From Anthoceros angustus (Eukaryota > Plantae > Anthocerotophyta): a stretch of DNA of 64,000 bases. Position numbers and translations under genes: made by a program. This document shows positions 49,302-60,315 of the stretch, in pieces (within the stretch, counting starts at the first letter, position 1; every line of letters starts with the position of its first letter). The notes below the pieces were generated by a model. It was not told the DNA's origin, did no database searches, and saw only the letters and a program-made list of their open reading frames with translations. Where the stretch lies: the NCBI GenBank assembly GCA_010909165.1, contig MU008158.1, positions 3,001,478-3,065,477 on the forward strand. The letters are read 5' to 3'.

Positions 49302-50736
49302 GACTTCGAAGTCGGACTGGGTGTGCCGAGGGCTCGCCTTCACAACTTACTACACTCCCCCTACCACAAAACGCCCCTAGGGCTTGAATGCTTGAATAGG
49401 GCCCTGCTCGTTTAACCCCTAAAGGACGAAAAGCCTGTTTTGATGACCCTAATGTCACTCCCACAATTACTATCATGCAGAGTTGCATCCGCTCATCCCT
49501 TTCCAAAAAAGAAGATGGTGTCCGGTTTTTGCTCTAAAAATCCACATAGTCCTCAATGCCATACACATGTGATCAAATGTGCGAGATGGAAGAAACGATG
49601 TAGGAAAAATCCCACACCCCCAAAACGCAGCTACAACCACTCAATTTGAGCAGATTCGTCGTTTTAAGGGGTTATTGAAGTTCCAAAGAAACTGCTTCAA
49701 TGGTGCAACACTTCATTGTTCCTCCTCCTTGTTGTGGAAGAAGAATTGTTGTACTCTACTAGCCACACCCCATCTCGCAAGAAAGGGCCTTACGGCTTGA
49801 GCTTGAGCGTCAACGCGAGGAGCAATGACGTGCTTCAGGAAGTTTTACCTGTTTCTGAAAGGTTCTTCATACAGTTCCTTCTTCCTCCTCCTTGTTGTTG
49901 AGGAAAGAATTATTGCCTGATCGGATCTCATTTGTGCTATTCTAATAGCCGAGCTCCTTGCTCGCTAGCTCTCTGCTCTTTCCTTGTGTAGGGTTCCAGG
50001 AAGCCACGCAGAAGGAGGTTGCGATTTAGTGTGCGGCTCTCCGTCCGTGGTATGACAATGGAAAGGCACTGCATCTTCGCTCGACAGCACGCAGCTGCCG
50101 TGGTGAGCGGGCGAGCACCGAATGTTGCAGATGTGGCCGAATTTAGGAGGATGGCGATTAGCCGCCTTCCGGCAGCGGGCAGGGATGGCGTTTGGTTGCG
50201 GATTGGCAGGCACCTCTGCAAGAGTTTGCAGAAGCAGAGTGTAGTGAAGAGGAATGCGAAAAGGCGCGACGGGGACAGTGTGAAAGGACACCTGTGGGAC
50301 TGGTTTTGGTTCTGGATTTCGGCAGGATATAAAAAAGCCACGAGCGAGGTGTCGACGACGCCAAGGCGTAATGAAAAGGGACGGTGCAACTGAGCTCTGG
50401 GCACGCCTCCACCGTGTCGCAACGGCCTGGTTCCGCTCTGGGAGCCTGATCTGCTTTTCATTGTCCTGAAGCGAGGCAGGGGCTATTGCTCCGCTGCCGC
50501 AGCAAAAGAGCGCTGTTTGCCTTGCGTGAGCTACTGTGTGAAAGCCATGCAATCCAAGTAGCTGCCAGTGTGCTACAAGGTGGTAAGGCGGCCGGATGGC
50601 CGGACTCGCCAATTCACGGTAGATCTGGCCTGCATCTCCAGGGATTTCGGATTTGTATTGCCTGTGGGAGTCCCCTGGATGTGAGCAAATTGCAGGACGG
50701 TGATGCTGCCAACGAGTGGTGAGCTCTGGGAAACAG

Positions 50737-52488
50737 ATGGCCTCGATTTTGGCGCTGGACGTTGGGAGCAAGGCAGCGGAGTTCAGACATGCTTTGAATG
50801 CCAAGCTGTCGGAGTTTGAGCCGCTGGTGGTAGTGGCAGCGTCGGTGGCAGCATGGCTGTTCATTTCGTCCTTGCGCTCTGCTTTGAGTGCTGCGTACTT
50901 AGATCTTCAGCACAAGGGGTTTAGACAGTTCTTCTTCACCATTTTGTTCAGCATTCTCAGGCGAGTTCCAGGCGTGAGGCAATACATGCAAGCGGAGCAG
51001 GAGAAGGTGATTGACAAGCTGCGGGAGAGTTTGAAGTCTGACCGGAGTGCCTGGCTTTCGGAACTCCCCCATGCTGGCGCAGCCGCTGAAACTGTGCTCG
51101 ACAGAGTGAGATTTCACCAACGTGGAGACAGCGCTTGGCAGGGGAGAGTTTCGGGAGCAGTGTACATAGGAGGGAGCAATGGTGAAGGGCACTTCTCCTT
51201 GCTCAATGAGGCATACTCCCTCTTCTCTCACACCAATCCGTTGCATCCGGATTTGTTTCCCAGCGTTGCTCGGTTCGAGGCAGAAGTGGTTGCTATGACT
51301 GCCGCCACTCTCGGAAGCAAGTCTAAGCTCTCTGGAGGTGAGGTGTGTGGCAACATGACCTCCGGCGGCACCGAAAGCATACTCATGGCCATGAAAACAG
51401 CTCGAGACTACATGAAGACTGTGAGGGGTATTGTCAAACCCGAGATGATTATACCTGACTCTGCCCACTCTGCATACGACAAAGGTGCGGACTACTTTGG
51501 TATCAAACTCTGGCGAGTACCAGTACTGAGAGAGTCCCTGCAGGCAGACGTGAAACAGATGGCTCGGCTGATCAACAAGAACACAATCCTCATAGTAGGT
51601 TCTGCTCCAGGTTTTCCCCATGGCGTAATAGATCCCATAGAGGAGCTTGGAGCGTTGGCTTCCAGTAGAGGAATCTGTTTTCATGTGGACCTTTGCCTTG
51701 GAGGCTTCGTCGTCCCTTTTGCTCGAAAGCTTGGCTACCCCATTCCTCCCTTTGACTTCACTGTGGAAGGCGTCACATCCATATCTGTGGATATTCACAA
51801 ATATGGTCTCGGGCCCAAGGGCTCCAGTGTTGTGCTCTACCGGAACCATGATCTCAGAAGGCATCAATTTGTGGCGGTGACAGAGTGGTCTGGCGGCCTG
51901 TATATCTCACCTTCCATAGCTGGGAGCAGGGTGGGCGGCATTATCGCTGCATCTTGGGCAGCAATGATCGCTCTTGGGGAGGATGGATATTTGGAGACAG
52001 TGAGGAAGGTGATGGAGGCGACCCAACAAGTTCGAAAGGGTATCGAAGCTGTTCCAGGTCTCCACATCTTGGGAAAGCCAAGCACCACTGTCATAGCATT
52101 TGGAGCTAAAGATTTTGACATTTACAAGGTAAGGTCCCTCATGAGCTTAGTATGTATTTGCCTCTTATGGTTCAGATTTGCATGAACTGATGTTTGTATT
52201 CCACATGTTGTGTAAACCCTCGGACAGGTGAACGATGTAATGTCGAAGAAGGGGTGGAGCTTGAATGCACTCCAAAAACCTAGTGCGATACATGTGTGTG
52301 TTACGCTGCAAATTGCAAGTACGGTGGATATGTTCATCAGCGACCTCGCGGATGCTGTGAGCTACGTGAAAGCTAATCCACAAGGTGTGGAAGATGGCAT
52401 GGCACCCATATACGGGGCTGCAGCAAAGATGCCAGACCGGGGAACGATCAGGGATATTCTGGTAGCATACATGGATTCTAGATGTTGA
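50737..52488 (+). CDS. DPL1: Sphingosine-1-phosphate (LCB-phosphate) lyase; exons 50737-52128, 52228-52488
   Basis: HTNPLHPD, GNMTSGGTESI, HVDLCLGG, PLP-lysine motif SVDIHKYG, N-terminal TM anchor. Confidence 0.95.
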
Positions 52489-52879
52489 TCTGCCCTCGTA
52501 TCACCCCCTCCAGCCCGTAGACTGAAGACCTATAAAATTTATTGCCGATTTGACGTATATAAGCTTACAACTTTACTTTGACAGAGTCATGTTACCAGTA
52601 CCACATGCACAACAGACACAGCATCTCCATGCCCTCCCGCACCTGTATTCTACATGGGTAACCAGCGTTACCTCCGTGGTGGACACGTTAAACTCACCAG
52701 CCTCAAAAATGTGAGAAATGGCGGGGACGGACACGCTGGGACACCTGGCGCTGCAAGAACTGGAACAGCCATTTAGTGAGTGGCATGGCAGGAAAAAAAT
52801 GGAAGTCTTGTGCACTGCACGATGAACAGACTGCTCACCTACACTTTGACGCCAATGCCGACCGAGCTCCTTCCCTTCA

Positions 52880-53257
52880 TCACCATCGGTACTTGGTGAA
52901 TTTCAATGATTCAGGCGTCATTGGCGTGAGTTTCCTAAACACGCCGACCATTTGATACATGTCCTCGTCCATCTCTCCAGGTTCATCTCCGAACGCAACT
53001 CCTCCTGCCTCCTCCTCGGGCACTTCACTCTTTGCGCTGCGCGCCTTCTTCTGGTTAACCGAGTCCTCGGGTGACGACGGGACTATACCGCCAAGTCGCT
53101 TCCCCCGTGTCCCACAGCCGGGCCCGGCACCAAGTCCTTCCATCACCGGGACCCGGACAGCTGTGTGTCCCATTTCAGGAAAGTGTTCAGCCTCCCACCG
53201 GACGTTCTCGTGCGCGGTGTCCATGGGCTCTACATCTCCTCCGAGTTGTCCTGACAT
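52880..53257 (-). CDS. Possible small acidic protein of unknown function (125 aa)
   Basis: ATG-initiated ORF after a candidate splice acceptor, with protein-like composition; no domain recognised. Confidence 0.35.
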   Translation of the reverse strand: MSGQLGGDVEPMDTAHENVRWEAEHFPEMGHTAVRVPVMEGLGAGPGCGTRGKRLGGIVPSSPEDSVNQKKARSAKSEVPEEEAGGVAFGDEPGEMDEDMYQMVGVFRKLTPMTPESLKFTKYRW

Positions 53258-54189
53258 GTCTTCACGAGTCTTGACGTCGAGCTTGGTGAAGAGTCTGATG
53301 CTTCAGGTGTCTAGCTGCAACGAGCGCCTCATCAGGAACTCTTGTTTAACGCAGTGCAGTCCCAGAATGCCAGCAGACGACAAATTGAGAAACTTCCGCA
53401 AGAGCCGGGCTGCGTACGCGGCGGAAGGGAAGCTTGAGCAAACGGTGAGGTTGGCGGTCCACCCTCAACATTTGAGCTCCATTATGAAAGCTGGAGCTGC
53501 CAGCTGAGCCAAGACCAGTCGCATCGCCTGCAAAGCCTGCAAATCCACGGCGATGTCGGCAATAAATTCGACCCTGCTGTGCACATCGCAGGTCAGAGCA
53601 TAATGGCGGCAGCCAGTACTTCCGCCTCAAGAGACACCAGATCGTGGAGTCCAGGACCGAATCTCGGAATCCTGTCGTGAACTTGCCGATTCGAACCATT
53701 CATGTTCACCAAGTACCAAATCCAAAGGACAAAATTCCTTCAAGGCTGCTGCCACGCACCATTTGCTGGACACCTCTCGGTCTATGGTTTTCCCAGTCAA
53801 ATCGGACTTGTTCAACACCCCTGACATAGGTGTCTCTGAATCAGCGAGTACAGTGCGCAGAGGATGTGCGACTGTGACAATTCACAAACGCCTGGAACTC
53901 CTGGGCCTTTCGCGTACTCTACAAGTCATAACAATTGCTGGTGAGAACATATAACACGCGTAACTCCGCAACATTCCATTCTCCTCAACGTAACCTTGGG
54001 ATTTGTTTCCAAATAAATTAACCACAACAACACTGTACAATTTTGACCTCCTGTACAAATAAATCATCCGCGGCTGCAATTTTTTGCCGCAGCCTCATGA
54101 CGCGGTGGAATCGGAAGCCACCTACATGAGTTGGAGACGACTTAGATCTCCAGCGATTCTGCATCTGCAATGGCACCGCAGTGAAGCGG

Positions 54190-55485
54190 CTACTGACTCT
54201 GACGCCTTCGTAAGTAGAAGTGTCCAATTCCCAACAACACGCCGGTGGCAACACCCAAACCAACCAGACTCCAAGCTCTCCTTTGGGCCAAGAGTAGAGA
54301 GTTTTGCCTATCCAACTGGCACCTCACCAGATTGAACTGGTCCTCCAGCTTCTGCATTTGTGAGTTGAGTTTTTCCACATGACTTTTCGCTGCTTTGGTA
54401 GTTATTTGTATCCCGTTCAGCTCCCTCATAACTGCATTCACAAACCATACCTCTAGCTGTTGCTCACCGACCCTTCCGATGGGCTCACCATAAACAGCGG
54501 TTCCCTGTGATGACTCAACATGGTTGGACGAGACATCATCAGACGGCATATCCTCGGGATCATAGAACTCTGGCTCCTCATCTTCAACGCTTTGCACGGA
54601 CTTGGTGGCATACTCCAGTTCCTCGTGACAGAAATCCATCGCCATCTTTATCCAACCCCTGAAGGACTTTTTTGCCTGCCCCTCCATAAAATTCTCCATG
54701 GTCCCTGAGAGCAGCATCCTCACAGCGTGTCAGGTGTGGACTAAATTGTGCAAACACAAAACCTATTCCTTGCAAGACAGGAAGGAGAAATCACCTTGTA
54801 CACCCCAAACCGCCGCCTTGAACTCCAAAACAAGGTTGATTGTGACAAAGGTGCCATCTTCATCCCTGCCTGGCTCCAAAATAATCTCACCAACGGTAGA
54901 GAACCGTTCCCCCCCAGGAATTTCAATGACCGGATCAGAGGTAATTCTGAAGCAATTTCCGGCCCGAGAGTACTCCTGACACTCTGTAACTCTCAGAGTC
55001 TCAGCACCTGAAACAAGAGAGGAATTCAGTCAGCGCATGCATGTCTAAGCCAAGCCTCTTCTTGTTTCCACCAAGCACAATGCGGGAGTTAGGGTATACA
55101 ACAAAACCTAGGCTCAAAGGCAAAGCCGATCCCCGCCACATAAAAGCGGCTAGGTAGGGCAAGACTTGCTCACCGACGAGCTTCCTGACTACGGCCGGCG
55201 CGTTGAGCGGAGCAGTGAATTTGACATAACGTCTGCCATCCGCTGACCAACTGGAAACCTCCGCATTCGGGTCCTCATTCACTTCCAGGTGATACCTCTT
55301 GATAAACCTATCATCGCCGAACAGGAAGGAGAAAGCGGCCTGCGCAAAAACGCCATCCTCAACATCCCCGCGCATGACAGTCGAGCGCACCCCAACCACT
55401 GTGGCAAGGCGGAGAAGCCCACTGACAAACTCACCTGAGGTTGCACAGACTCTATGTGCGAGTGCAGCGTCACTTTCTTCACCAT
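54190..55485 (-). CDS. Stand-alone VASt/StART-like lipid-transfer domain protein with coiled coil and C-terminal TM; exons 55485-55435, 55339-55174, 55007-54795, 54704-54190
   Basis: Spliced product MVKKVTLHSHIESVQPQ-AAFSFLFGDDRF..VSSW..RYVKF..VTECQEY..IPGGERFS..VWGVQGTMENFM resembles a VASt fold. Ends AWSLVGLGVATGVLLGIGHFYLRRR. All introns are GT-AG and phase-consistent. Confidence 0.75.
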
Positions 55486-55805
55486 GGCCTGCAACCAGTT
55501 GCTTCCGCGAACCAGCCCGACCTGGCTAAATCCCCAGACTCGGAGACCGAGGCATCGAAGAGGATTGACATGTGCGTCCCACCATAAACCCTCCACTCCC
55601 CTGGACGCACCGTTGTGCGCATGCGCGGCCCGCGTTGATGCGACGCACGAACAACGGAGAAGCAAGCGGCCAGGCTAACAGGCCAAGCGGCGGCTAGAGA
55701 GGCCCGCCACACGGCGGCCCGAAATGCCGTCAAAGCGACTCTGGGTCGTGACTCGTGACTCGTGTCGAGGTGAGGAAGAAAGTGGTGAGTTCCGTAATAT
55801 GGAGT

Positions 55806-55874
55806 GGCTCAGTCTTGACTCAGTGGTTATAGCTATCGGCTGAGAGTAAACGCCGTGAGTTCGAACCCGGAGCC
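55806..55874 (+). other. tRNA-like relic with Pol III A and B boxes
   Basis: A-box-like TGACTCAGTGG (55816-55826), B-box AGTTCGAACCC (55858-55868), terminal GGCTC/GAGCC pairing; no full cloverleaf. Confidence 0.4.
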
Positions 55875-56283
55875 GAACATGCCTCTCTAAGCATCGAATC
55901 AGGACCAAAGATGCTACAAAAACATTCCGTAACGGTATCGGGATGATCTCCATTCCGTCAGCCCGTGGAGCTCGGGCCTGCCTGGCAGGTCCCGTCATTT
56001 CCTTTCCATGGCCGGGCCCCAGCTCGATCGGCCCGTCTTCATCCGCTTGAAGCGGGAAGGAGCTTCCGTGTGCAAACAATTCTGCGTCCTGTTTGGGGCG
56101 GAGGGGGCGGAGCATGGATCCGTTGCAACTGTTTGAAACCGAAATTAGCATGATTGTCACGAGCTGAGATGCCTCCACCTCGGCGGGATAGTTTGAAACA
56201 GAAGTATCGAGCATGTTCCCGATGAGGGCGAGGGAGGGGGTTTAGGCATCAGGAAGGGGGTGAGGGAACACGATTCTGGCTTC

Positions 56284-57651
56284 ATGTGGAATCGTGCTCC
56301 CGAAAGCGAGGCCAAGGTCCGACTCTTCTCACATTGGCTGACAGTTTGGGGATCGGCAGGGAGAGGGCCACCTGCATGGATGCGCTGGCGGAGATGGCAT
56401 CTTCTCATGGGCTTTGCTGCTTTGGCTCTAGGTGGATATGCTTCTTACCGCATTTACATCTCGCCCTTAGTGGTGGCCAGCCGACGACTATTTGCTGCCT
56501 CTGTCGATGTTGCGGATGCTGTGCGCGATGCCAGCGCTTGCGTGGCCCTGTTGTGCAACGACCTCAGTTCTTTCTTGGTGACGGAGAAAGATGAAGTTCC
56601 CCGCAGTTTCAGACAGTTGATGAAGCTGGGGAGGTCTGAGGACTTCCGGGAGACTGTCATGGCGGTGACTGGATGTATGATTCAGGGAGCTTTGGATCCG
56701 CTTCAGCCTGCCGCCAGGGATGAGCGGTCCCAAGGCCAGCCAATCCCGTCAGAGAACGGCGAGGAGAGCGAACGGCAAGAGGAGGGATTGTCGGACAAGG
56801 TTTTCAAGCATCTTGCCAATCCAGGTTTTGCCTCTGCAGTAGTCGGGGCTGCTGCGAGGAATGTTGTTATCGGGGTGTTAGAAGGGATGGAGTCCAGTAG
56901 AAGGTACCAGTCGCGTCAACAGAATTGCAGATTCGACAGCTCTCCGGGCAGAATCGATCCGATGTCAGAGGATTCCGAAGAGCAAACGCGGAGTGGGTTG
57001 ATGTGGGGATGCACTGCAGAAAGCATCTTGGACATACTCAGCAGCAGCAAAGGGCAAGCGCTCATTTCGGAATGCATTTTAATCTTTGTAGGAACGGCTG
57101 TCGCGGTTTACCTCAAGGAAACGAGTCATGTGAACGTGTTTGAGGACATTGCTGCAGCTGTGACTAAACCTGACCACCGTGAGCCCTTGGAGGAAATGTT
57201 GAAATCAGTCAGCGGCGGTACAGTGCGGACTCTGGTAACGACATTACATGATGTGTATGTGTGCCAGCCATCGTCAAGCTTTCATCCCGGAAGTGAGACC
57301 TCTAGGATAAGGGGTGAGACCCCTAGCTTTCGTGAAGACAGCAACACAAACCAAGCTTCAGCCGCGGTGCCTAGGGATGAAGATCTGCCCTCTTGGTGTA
57401 GTGGACTGTCTCAAACTCTTGCTGTGCCCAGCAATAGGCAAATTGTATCGGATGTTGTGGATATCCTGTGGAATGTTGCGGCTACTCAGACTTCTGAAGT
57501 CGTTCGGTCTTTTGGGTTGCACCTGCAGACGCGTCTACTGGCAGTGGTCAAGATGCGAGTGATCTTCACCGTCGTGTTGGCAGTTTGTCTTCATACCGTG
57601 ACCCTGCTGCCGCTTGGATTGGCAAGTGCAGCGGCTCAAAGAAGGATGTAA
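56284..57651 (+). CDS. PHLOEM PROTEIN 2-LIKE A10-family protein, intronless
   Basis: GGYASYRIY, DLSSFL..DEVPRSFRQL.K, GFASAVVG..ARN, VGTAVAVYL.ET..VNVFEDI, TLAVPSNR motifs resemble the PP2-A10-like family. N- and C-terminal hydrophobic segments. Confidence 0.8.
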   Translation: MWNRAPESEAKVRLFSHWLTVWGSAGRGPPAWMRWRRWHLLMGFAALALGGYASYRIYISPLVVASRRLFAASVDVADAVRDASACVALLCNDLSSFLVTEKDEVPRSFRQLMKLGRSEDFRETVMAVTGCMIQGALDPLQPAARDERSQGQPIPSENGEESERQEEGLSDKVFKHLANPGFASAVVGAAARNVVIGVLEGMESSRRYQSRQQNCRFDSSPGRIDPMSEDSEEQTRSGLMWGCTAESILDILSSSKGQALISECILIFVGTAVAVYLKETSHVNVFEDIAAAVTKPDHREPLEEMLKSVSGGTVRTLVTTLHDVYVCQPSSSFHPGSETSRIRGETPSFREDSNTNQASAAVPRDEDLPSWCSGLSQTLAVPSNRQIVSDVVDILWNVAATQTSEVVRSFGLHLQTRLLAVVKMRVIFTVVLAVCLHTVTLLPLGLASAAAQRRM

Positions 57652-57904
57652 AAACCACGCCTTTTGCACACAAACATATCTTATTTTCAAGTTTTCAGTT
57701 TCTTCCAATCCGCCAGTTGCTTTGGACAGTTTGTAGTCGACAAGGTTTGCATTCGACAAAGGTTTTGGTACCCAATAGATGACAGTGTGCCCTCTCATTC
57801 ATCAGGGTGTTTTGGTCATCATGTGAAGCTTCTACAAGGGCATCCTTCCAAAGTCTGTTGTTAGACTCAGCTTTCGACAGCGGTTCCTGTACGATGGCCA
57901 CAGT

Positions 57905-58525
57905 ATGGCAACCGGACCCGTTGTGGAACCATCAAATTGGTGTGTGCACAGGGATTCTACCAGGAGCTCCTGCTCACCTCATCTTAGAGAGTCAACTCCT
58001 GCAAACAAAGCCTCTATGTGCAGCAGTGTAAGGAGCCTAGCACTTCCACTTCCGAGAAAATGTGTGGGCGTGGACTTGTTTTCCAGCGATGCTCGTTGCC
58101 AGGAGCAGGAGCACTTGTGGCAACAATCATTTTTGGACCCTACCTTGCGGTGGGTTAGCAGACGAGATAAGAAGAGCTCCCGTTCGCCAGACATCCGGGG
58201 TAAGGGGTCCGGCGAGGTGCTGTGGTTAGACAAGTTCAAGCCAGCTTGGGTTCACGAGCAGCTCGTTTCCTTGGATATGCAGATGGGTCATGGTGCCTCT
58301 CCTTCCAAGTCGAGCTCTCCGGAAAATTCTGAAGCTGGGAGGCCTGCAGCATGGGAAATGGGCTCCCGCTGTAGCAGTGTAAGGAGCCCAGCACAACCAC
58401 TTGTGAGAAAATGTGTGGGTTGGGACGGCTTTTCCAACGATGGTCGTGGCCAGGAGCAGGAGCACTTGTGGCAACAATTGTTTCTGGACCCGACCATGTG
58501 GTGGGATAACAGACGAGATGAGAAA
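57905..58525 (+). pseudogene. ORF segment with OSB-type PDF motifs (one full but degenerate, one truncated)
   Basis: LWQQSFLDPTLRWVSRRDKKSSRSPDIRGKGSGEVLWLDKFKPAWVHEQL (58115-58264) and LWQQLFLDPTMWWDNRRDEK (58466-58525). Both arise from a direct repeat, ~58020-58170 vs ~58372-58520. Confidence 0.7.
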
Positions 58526-58529
58526 CTAC

Positions 58530-60315
58530 ACATGCTAAACTTGGGAAACCTGGGAAACCTGATGAGGCCATACAACTGCACCATGGGATGCGTAGGTCAG
58601 GAGTGAAGGCGAATGGTCACGTCTTTGTAGCTGCCCTTCAAGCTTGTGCATTTGCCACCGACTTGGAATCTGGTAGAAAAGTGCTCTGTGATGTGTTGCA
58701 CAGTGGCATTCCTACCAACTTGTTCGCGTGGTGGACATGTATGCAAAGTGTGGTGAACTGAAAGATGCCCGCCAGGTTTTTGACAGCATGGCCACAAAGA
58801 ATGTGGTGACATGGAATACCCTGATATGTGGGTTTGCACAGCAAGGACTCGGCCAGGAGGCGCTTGTTCTGTATGGACAAATGGAGCAAGAGGGCCTCAT
58901 TTTGGCTGACCATGTTACTTTTGCTTGCCTTCTGAAGGCCTGTGGAAGCACTGGTGCCTTACAGAAGGGCAAGCAGCTGCACTCACAGATTGTCAAAGAG
59001 GACTGCTGGATGACATACTGGTGGGCACCTGCCTGGTGGACATGTATGCAAAATGTGGTGAACTGAAAGATGCACGCCGGGTTTTTGACAGCATGGCCTC
59101 AAAGAATGTGGTAACATGGACGGCACTGATTGCTGGGTATGCACAGCAAGGGCTCGGCCACGAGGCGCTTGTTGTGTATGGACAAATGGAGGACGAGGGC
59201 CTGATTGTAGCTAACCATGTTACTTTTGCTTGCCTTCTGAAGGCCTGTGGAAGCACTGGTGCCTTACAGAAGGGCAGGCAGCTGCACTCACAGATTGTGG
59301 AAAGAGGACTGCTGGATAACGTAGTGTTGGGCAACTGCCTGGTGGACATGTATGCAAAATGTGGTGAACTGGAAGATGCACGCCAGGTTTTTGACAGCTT
59401 GGCCACAAAGGATGTGGTGACATGGAATGCCCTGATATCTGGGTATGGTACTTGTGATGATGGTCACAGAGCACTAGCTTGTTTTGAGGAGATGTTAGTT
59501 GCCAGTATTCAGCCTGATGGTGCTACTTTTACTTGCCTTCTAGTAGCATGCAGTCATGAGGACTGGTCCACGAGGGTCGCAAGCACTTTGATTCCATGGC
59601 TGAACAGCATGGCATCAAACCTACTATTGAGCATTACACCTGCATGATTGATCTTCTCGGGCGTGCAGGCCATTTAGATGAGGCTGAGAACATGCTCTTA
59701 TCATGCGAGGGCCAAAGTGTTGTTGTGGGATTGACGGCTTTGTTGAATGCCTGCAAAAGTCACGGGGATGTAGAGAGGGCGATCTGGTGTTTTGAAAGCA
59801 TTGTTTGGCTGGACCCTCAGCGGGCATCTGCGTATGTGCCCATGGCCAATGCCTACGCAGATGCAGGTAGGTGGACCGATGTAGACAGGATTGAAACACA
59901 GAGAAGGGTAGCAGGAGCTAACAAGAAAACCTGCAGCGGCGACTATTGAGGTGACTAAGCAGGTTCATAGATTTTTGGCGGGAGAAAGGAGAGAGGATAT
60001 TGCGCTGAAGGTCGACAGCACGAATGCACGTCTGAAGCAGGAAGGAGGGCATGTACCGCACACAAATTTGGTGTTGAAGCCACTGTGTGAGAATCAAAAG
60101 GAAGATGTGCTTCGTGGGCATGCTGAGAAGCTAGGTCTGGCATTAGGTCTCTTGAACACTCCGGGTGGGACACCTCTGGTGGTAACGAAGAATCTACGTA
60201 TGTGCAGTGATTGCCACAGCTCCACGGAGATCATGTGAGTGAAGGCTTGAACAGAGAAACTTACCGTGTGCATCGATTCTGAAATGGTTGTTGCAGCTGC
60301 AAGGCTCGACCCTGA
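58530..60315 (+). pseudogene. PLS-class PPR-E-DYW gene of KP subtype, disrupted
   Basis: P-L-S repeats (LVDMYAKCG, VVTWNALI, VTFACLLKAC), E motifs (HYTCMIDLLGRAG, AYVPMANAYA), KKPAAATIEV, HAEKL, KNLRMCSDCH, terminal YRVHRF*NGCCSCKARP*. At least 4 frameshifts and 2 stops. Confidence 0.9.

Noticed and set aside
49937-51867. Minus-strand ORFs 49965-50864 and 50899-51867
   Set aside because: Antisense to DPL1 and its leader; no protein-like motifs
38254-55485. Lipid/trafficking gene cluster (ACOS5, COG5, DPL1, VASt)
   Set aside because: The genes belong to different pathways and unrelated genes are interspersed; no evidence beyond adjacency
60236-60282. Stops in the DYW domain repaired by U-to-C editing
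   Set aside because: Such editing is established for organellar, not nuclear, transcripts, and an adjacent deletion also breaks the domain
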